From contig CAYWYR010000006.1 in the NCBI GenBank assembly GCA_964462685.1, positions 79,687-143,686 on the forward strand: a stretch of 64,000 nt of DNA, in the 5' to 3' direction. The notes under the pieces were generated by a model that was not told where the DNA came from, made no database searches, and worked only from the letters and a program-made list of their open reading frames with translations. Position 1 is the stretch's first letter; the number at the start of each line of letters is the position of its first letter. Shown piece by piece: positions 58,856 through 64,000 of this stretch. Position numbers and translations under genes: made by a program. The stretch is from an uncultured Hyphomicrobiales bacterium. Lineage in GTDB: Bacteria > Bacteroidota > Ignavibacteria > Kapaibacteriales > UBA2268.

Positions 58856-59953
58856 ATGACGAAAAGAAATATTCTGTTATTGATCGCTTTTACAGCTTTC
58901 TGTACGATCTTTAGTGTTAGAGAATCAAATGCTCAGGCCGGTGGTGCCGCTGTACCTTTCCTGACTATAGCACCCGACGCAAGAGCTGGCGGAATGGGAG
59001 AGGCAAATACCGGTATAGCGGATAACCTTTACGCAGTCCACTGGAATCCCGCCGGGCTCGGTTTCCTTAGGTATCTAAACCCTGAAACAGAGTTTGATGA
59101 GGATTTACTTGAATACCACCAGGTAGGTACCAATTTTACTCCGTGGCTGCCTCAGTTCAATGCTGATCTTTATTATGCCACCGGTACTTGGGGTAGGTAT
59201 ATAGATGAGCTGAACGGTACAATCGCCGCGAATCTTACCTTTATCTACCTTGGGGAATTCACTCAGACTGACAACACTGGTAGGGAGCTCGGTAAATTCA
59301 ACTCTTCCGAGTACGCTTTAGGTTTATCTTACGGTACGCTGATTACAGAAGATCTTTCTCTTGGTATCCAGGCGAAGTTTATACAGTCTATTCTCGGTGC
59401 TATTTCAGATAGCCCCGATGCTGGTAGCGGTATATCAGGTGCGGTTGATATCGGGCTTTTATGGAAACCACTTGATCTTCCATATTTGGATGATAAATTA
59501 TCCATTGGTCTGAATATCCAAAATATCGGCCCTAAAATGACATATACATCTCAGTCAGATCCGTTGCCATCTATGATAAGATTAGGTTTTGGCTTCACTC
59601 CTGTAAGAGATGAATTCAACGAACTTACATTTGCACTCGATGTGGCCAAACTTATGGTGCGCCGTTACAGAGACGGTACATCCGATGCGGTACCTGTAAA
59701 CTTTATAACTGGCTTCGAGAATCCGGGAGCGGAGTTTTCATTCGGTGCGGAATACTGGTACGCTCAGGTAGTAGCCCTTCGTGGTGGTTACTTTTACGAA
59801 CCCCAGGGTGCGGGTGGTCGTCAGTTCTATACTTTCGGTATAGGTGTAAGGTATGATATATTCGAGCTTAATTTCTCTTTTATAAATACTGTAGAAGATA
59901 ACAGTCCCCTCGCAAACACACTTAGATCATCATTCTTGATTGATCTTCAATAA
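58856..59953 (+). CDS. porV: T9SS outer-membrane shuttle protein PorV (LptO)-like beta-barrel
   Basis: Signal peptide then PFLTIAPDARAGGMGEANTGIADNLYAVHWNPAGL N-terminal motif; 365-aa beta-barrel; synteny with porU. Confidence 0.5.
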   Translation: MTKRNILLLIAFTAFCTIFSVRESNAQAGGAAVPFLTIAPDARAGGMGEANTGIADNLYAVHWNPAGLGFLRYLNPETEFDEDLLEYHQVGTNFTPWLPQFNADLYYATGTWGRYIDELNGTIAANLTFIYLGEFTQTDNTGRELGKFNSSEYALGLSYGTLITEDLSLGIQAKFIQSILGAISDSPDAGSGISGAVDIGLLWKPLDLPYLDDKLSIGLNIQNIGPKMTYTSQSDPLPSMIRLGFGFTPVRDEFNELTFALDVAKLMVRRYRDGTSDAVPVNFITGFENPGAEFSFGAEYWYAQVVALRGGYFYEPQGAGGRQFYTFGIGVRYDIFELNFSFINTVEDNSPLANTLRSSFLIDLQ

Positions 59954-60008
59954 GCTGCAATTAGAAAATATAATTTAGGTTAAAACCTAAATGTTATCGA
60001 TATTATTT

Positions 60009-60036
60009 AACCCGACCTATGAGTCGGGTTTTTTTA
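60009..60036 (+). terminator. Intrinsic terminator after porV
   Basis: AACCCGAC-CTATGA-GTCGGGTT followed by T7. Confidence 0.6.
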
Positions 60037-60125
60037 TAGTATTATTATAGTAAGATATAGAATTGTACAAGCAAAGATTCCTATATTTAACTAATTGAAA
60101 ATATGCAAATCATATAGGTAGTTAC

Positions 60126-62039
60126 ATGAGTTCTCCACAGCCCCCAAAAAATAGCAAAGATAATAAGAATTTAATCTTCAATCCATCTCAAAAGGTCATT
60201 GATAATGCTCGAGTTAAAGACTGGGGGAAGATGAGGAATGAGGTTGATGCCGATCCTGCTGCTTTTTGGCAAACTGAAGCCAACAATCTTCATTGGTTCA
60301 AAAGCTGGGATGAATATTTAGATGACTCAGACAAACCTTTCTACAAATTTTTTACTGGCGCAAAAACCAATATCGCGTATAACTGTCTCGATCGACATCT
60401 GGAAACAGCCAATAGAAATAAAATCGCCTATATATGGGAAAGCGAACAAGGTGAGACAAAATCAATATCCTACTTTAAACTTCACAGAGAAGTATCGAAA
60501 TTCGCAAGCATTCTCAAAGGCATGGGTGTCAAAAAAGGTGACAGGGTAACGATTTATATGGGCCGAGTGCCTGAACTGCCTATGGCTATGCTCGCATGTG
60601 CACGAATCGGTGCTATACATTCGGTTGTATATGGTGGTTTTTCCACTGAAGCTCTTCATGAGCGTATCGAAGACAGTCAATCCAAAGTAGTGATTACATG
60701 TGATGGTTCTTACCAGCGAGGTAAGATAGTAGAGCTTAAGAATATTACCGATGCTGCGGTTGATAGAGCAGGCTGCGTGGAAACTGTTATCTGTGTTAAA
60801 AGAACTGGCGAGCAAGTCAATATGTGCGAGGGGCGCGATTACTGGTATCACGATCTTATGGCATTGCCGATAGCTTCAAATATTTGCCCGGCAGAAGAAA
60901 TGGACTCGGAAGATCCTCTATTTATTCTTTATACTTCTGGAACAACTGGCAAGCCTAAGGCAATACTGCACGTACACGGCGGATATCAAGTAGGTGCATA
61001 CTCCAGCCTCAAATATGTGTTTGACGTTCGTGAGGAAGACCGATATTGGTGTGCTGCAGACCCAGGATGGATCACCGGTCACTCTTATATAGTTTACGGT
61101 CCTTTATTAAATGGTTTGACATCTATAATGTATGAGGGCGCTCCTAATTTCCCATATCCAGACCGTTGGTGGAAAATCATCGAAAAATATGGAATCAATA
61201 TACTCTACACAGCACCGACCGCACTGCGCTCACTAATGAGATTCGGTAATTCCTGGGTCAATAAATATGATCTGTCAAGCCTACGTCTATTAGGATCGGT
61301 AGGGGAGCCTATTAATCCAGAGGCGTGGAAATGGTATTATGAGGTAATAGGAGGCGGGAATTGCCCTATTATGGATACTTGGTGGCAGACAGAGACTGGA
61401 ATGTTCATGATAACGCCTATGCCATCTGCCCCGCTTAAACCCGGATCAGCTACTAAACCATTCCCAGGTATCAAGATGTCCGTTGTAGATGAGGATGGTA
61501 ACGCGGTTCCCCCAGGCGAAGAGGGAAAACTAGTAATCGAAAATCCTTGGCCTTCGATGATGCGTACGCTTTATAATGATCCAGATCGCTACGTATCTCA
61601 ATACTGGACTGCATATCCTGGAAGGTATCTTGCGGGCGATTCCGCTAAAATAGATGAGGATGGATATATTTGGGTGATAGGAAGAATAGATGATGTGATC
61701 AAAGTTTCGGGTTATAGGCTCGGAACGGCAGAGATAGAGTCCGCTCTAGTCTCTCACCCCGTTGTATCGGAAGCTGCTGCCATTGGCCTGCCCCACGAGC
61801 TAAAAGGTAATGCGATACATACTTATGTGATATTGAATACTGGAGTCGAAGGTTCGGATAAACTGAGGGCTGAACTTGTACAACAGGTAAGAAGCGAGGT
61901 TGGCCCTATCGCCAAGCCTGAATCAGTGACATTTGTGGATAAATTACCAAAAACACGCTCTGGGAAAATTATGCGCCGGGTCTTAAAGGCTACGGCATTA
62001 GGTGAGGATCCTGGTAATCTTTCAACTTTAGAAGACTAA
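60126..62039 (+). CDS. acs: Acetyl-coenzyme A synthetase (AMP-forming)
   Basis: N-terminal Acs-specific region (FWQTEANNLHWFKSWD), AMP-binding YTSGTTGKPK, C-terminal SGKIMRRVLK acetyl-lysine site context; 637 aa. Confidence 0.95.
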   Translation: MSSPQPPKNSKDNKNLIFNPSQKVIDNARVKDWGKMRNEVDADPAAFWQTEANNLHWFKSWDEYLDDSDKPFYKFFTGAKTNIAYNCLDRHLETANRNKIAYIWESEQGETKSISYFKLHREVSKFASILKGMGVKKGDRVTIYMGRVPELPMAMLACARIGAIHSVVYGGFSTEALHERIEDSQSKVVITCDGSYQRGKIVELKNITDAAVDRAGCVETVICVKRTGEQVNMCEGRDYWYHDLMALPIASNICPAEEMDSEDPLFILYTSGTTGKPKAILHVHGGYQVGAYSSLKYVFDVREEDRYWCAADPGWITGHSYIVYGPLLNGLTSIMYEGAPNFPYPDRWWKIIEKYGINILYTAPTALRSLMRFGNSWVNKYDLSSLRLLGSVGEPINPEAWKWYYEVIGGGNCPIMDTWWQTETGMFMITPMPSAPLKPGSATKPFPGIKMSVVDEDGNAVPPGEEGKLVIENPWPSMMRTLYNDPDRYVSQYWTAYPGRYLAGDSAKIDEDGYIWVIGRIDDVIKVSGYRLGTAEIESALVSHPVVSEAAAIGLPHELKGNAIHTYVILNTGVEGSDKLRAELVQQVRSEVGPIAKPESVTFVDKLPKTRSGKIMRRVLKATALGEDPGNLSTLED

Positions 62040-62077
62040 ATGTATACAAATAACCTATTATAATAGCCTTCGTATTT

Positions 62078-62362
62078 TTGAATAAAGGAGATATGACCAT
62101 GCCAGCTAAAGAAAACGAAAGAAATGAGAATGCTGACCAAAGTGAAGCTCGTGATCAAAAAGTTAGCGATAGTAAAGTAAACGAGGAATTGATTGACTAT
62201 TCCAGAGAGGAGAAAATCGAGATATTTCCGGTAACGGATGAAGAGTACGAAAGACTCAAACCTTACTTCGATGAAGCAAAAGCAAGCGGATATACATCAA
62301 ATTTTAGTATTGAGGAATTTTTGAAGAAAGCTCATAAAAAGTATGAATTAAAGAAAAATTGA
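62078..62362 (+). CDS. Hypothetical small acidic protein, candidate antitoxin of a ParE-like remnant
   Basis: 94-aa ORF immediately upstream of and overlapping a ParE/RelE-like reading frame. Confidence 0.3.
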   Translation: MNKGDMTMPAKENERNENADQSEARDQKVSDSKVNEELIDYSREEKIEIFPVTDEEYERLKPYFDEAKASGYTSNFSIEEFLKKAHKKYELKKN

Positions 62363-62624
62363 ATTTTCTCAAAAAGCAGAACTTCAACTTTTTGATATAT
62401 ATGTATATACTTCTGATAATTGGTCAGAAGAACAAGCAAGAAAGTACATCAGAGGTATAAAAGCAAAATGTTATTCGTATCTAAATAATGAGAATAGTAT
62501 ATATACTTTTAAGAACGATAGAAATAAGTATTCATACTTCATTTACAAATCGCATAAAATTTACTTTACATTAGACCAGGAAACCTTATATATCGAATTC
62601 ATACATCATAAGTCTCAAATCTGA
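62352..62624 (+). pseudogene. ParE/RelE-family toxin-like reading frame lacking a canonical start codon
   Basis: Open frame RKIEFSQKAELQLFDIYVYTSDNWSEEQARKYIRGIKAKCYSYLNNENSIYTFKNDRNKYSYFIYKSHKIYFTLDQETLYIEFIHHKSQI with the ParE pattern (I.fs..A..dl..I..Y...........A..yi..I........P..G......R...vg.Y.I.Y....e.i.I.ri.H...d). No ATG/GTG/TTG is in frame, and the only near-start candidate is ATT at 62358. Confidence 0.45.
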
Positions 62625-62635
62625 AATACATATAT

Positions 62636-63115
62636 TTGTTGATCTTTAAAGTAATTACAGCAATTATGAAATGTCTTATAGTGTTATTAACCTTTCTGAT
62701 TTCAATACAATACGCTAACTCACAGGATTTAGAGCCTCTTCCAGTAAATGAATATGCTTTTGTTGGCTTAACTGTAGGTTTGCCTGGTATTTTAAATATA
62801 GTCGGCGGTTTTGCAATTGATAATATAGGTGTGCAAGCTGATATCGGACTATTGGCTACCGATTGGGCTTCATATCAAGTAACAGTCGGCTATAATCATT
62901 CTATTTCAGAAAATCATAACATTCTTATTGGCCCCACATTTGGTTATCTTGATATTTCATTCTGGGGTGATCAAACCGATTATTGGTCTGCAGGTTTCTC
63001 TACATCCTATAGCTATGGTTGGTTCCATATTGATGGTGGTGTCCTTTTTGGTTTTGATGATGTTACCCGGACTTTACCAAAAATCAATATCGGCGGGATA
63101 TACAGAATAGATTAA
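62636..63115 (+). CDS. Hypothetical small outer-membrane beta-barrel-like protein
   Basis: Signal peptide (MKCLIVLLTFLISIQYANSQ) then ~8 amphipathic beta-strand segments rich in G/Y; overlaps convergent PAP2 gene by 4 nt. Confidence 0.3.
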   Translation: MLIFKVITAIMKCLIVLLTFLISIQYANSQDLEPLPVNEYAFVGLTVGLPGILNIVGGFAIDNIGVQADIGLLATDWASYQVTVGYNHSISENHNILIGPTFGYLDISFWGDQTDYWSAGFSTSYSYGWFHIDGGVLFGFDDVTRTLPKINIGGIYRID

Positions 63116-63933
63116 AACTGTATTGGAATATTTATTATTCTCATACTGTTTTGCATAGATGATAATTCAAATGCTGTGATATCAGCAGCCATTGAGTTTT
63201 CACCAGTAGTGTATCTTGAATATAATGCCGGGAACCCCCAACCGATCACGGAACCTATTATAGCACCTACAAAAACATCACTTGGGAAATGATTCCCGCT
63301 CGCTATCCTAAGTATTCCGGTAGCTGATGCGGCCAAAAGATTCCCAGCCCATACATACCCTCTGTAATTACTTGGGTATTCCAGTATCTCATACATCATG
63401 GCAGAATATATACCCGCTGTAAATGCCCCGCTTGTATGGCCTGAGTAGAAAGATAAAGTAGCGTCTGGAGAGGCTAATTTTTCGTCGGTTGATAAAGTGT
63501 CATAAGCATAAGGCCTAGCACGCCTGGCAGTGGTTTTAGCTATTACATTTAATCCGGTACTTGTAAAAAATGTAGGAAGCCATGGTGATTCAAGAGGTCT
63601 CAGTTCGGAGGGATTTCTGAAATTAATAAGTGCGGCTTCCGATAATAAACCATATAGCAAGATATCGCTGGCAAGGCTATAACTACCTGACTTTTTGCCC
63701 AACGCTATCCTATCAAAAAAAGGTATGTCAGAGGGATCAAGAGTTCTGATCTGAAGTGCATTATTATCTTCTAGAGATAAAAAAAGTGCAGTTCCTGTAC
63801 CAAAGGCTAATAGTCCAAAACCATTGCTTATAGCTACTACATTATTATCAATATTATATGGACTGTTACTTTTTACATTTGATACTGCATTGAAGAACAG
63901 TAAAACCGCAATGACCGTCTTAATCAAAACCAT
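63112..63933 (-). CDS. PAP2 family (type 2 phosphatidic acid) phosphatase
   Basis: Three PAP2 motifs: KTTARRARP, SFYSGHTSG, SGNHFPSDVFVGAIIG. Confidence 0.75.
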   Translation of the reverse strand: MVLIKTVIAVLLFFNAVSNVKSNSPYNIDNNVVAISNGFGLLAFGTGTALFLSLEDNNALQIRTLDPSDIPFFDRIALGKKSGSYSLASDILLYGLLSEAALINFRNPSELRPLESPWLPTFFTSTGLNVIAKTTARRARPYAYDTLSTDEKLASPDATLSFYSGHTSGAFTAGIYSAMMYEILEYPSNYRGYVWAGNLLAASATGILRIASGNHFPSDVFVGAIIGSVIGWGFPALYSRYTTGENSMAADITAFELSSMQNSMRIINIPIQF

Positions 63934-64000
63934 ATATCAAGTTCAAATTTGTGACTAAAAGCAAATCTAATCATTATGATTAAAATGAACTCAATATTGT

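Overview
This 64 kb window looks like a chromosomal segment from a low-GC (about 40%) FCB-group / Bacteroidota-like bacterium. The evidence is weak Shine-Dalgarno usage, a TAnnTTTG-type -7 element, and Type IX secretion genes together with CTD-bearing cargo. Gene density is high and both strands are used. I recognised the following with reasonable confidence: uvrA (partial), an orphan murD-ftsW pair, an S8 subtilisin with a T9SS C-terminal domain, tRNA-Ala(GGC)+tRNA-Asp(GUC), a DUF4143 AAA ATPase, P5C dehydrogenase, apaG, a MATE transporter, DoxX, comEC, pgeF, a crotonase, a fused alpha/beta 2-oxoacid dehydrogenase E1, icd, an Ogg2-type glycosylase, alaS, scpA, scpB, trxA, an LD-carboxypeptidase, an SDR, a lone nuoD, purN, coaE, a GNAT, tRNA-Glu, lipB, tRNA-Gly, a porU-porV pair, acs and a PAP2 phosphatase. 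There are also several large T9SS-type surface proteins: a 1599-aa vWA adhesin and a 1540-aa protein built from six DUF4397-like repeats. I found no CRISPR array, transposase, integrase or rRNA gene. Accessory-looking content is limited to a two-module toxin-antitoxin islet (a BrnT/BrnA-like pair and a YefM/YoeB-like pair whose toxin carries an in-frame TGA) and a ParE-like toxin remnant without a start codon. The most unusual locus is a minus-strand four-gene array at 25.7-30.8 kb. It contains an outer-membrane barrel, an RsbW-type anti-sigma kinase, a 718-aa membrane-anchored coiled-coil protein with a possible STAS-like N-terminus, and an Ogg2-type glycosylase. I flag it as a candidate uncharacterised partner-switching / envelope signalling module. 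All calls are from reading the sequence and ORF translations by eye; no database searches were run.
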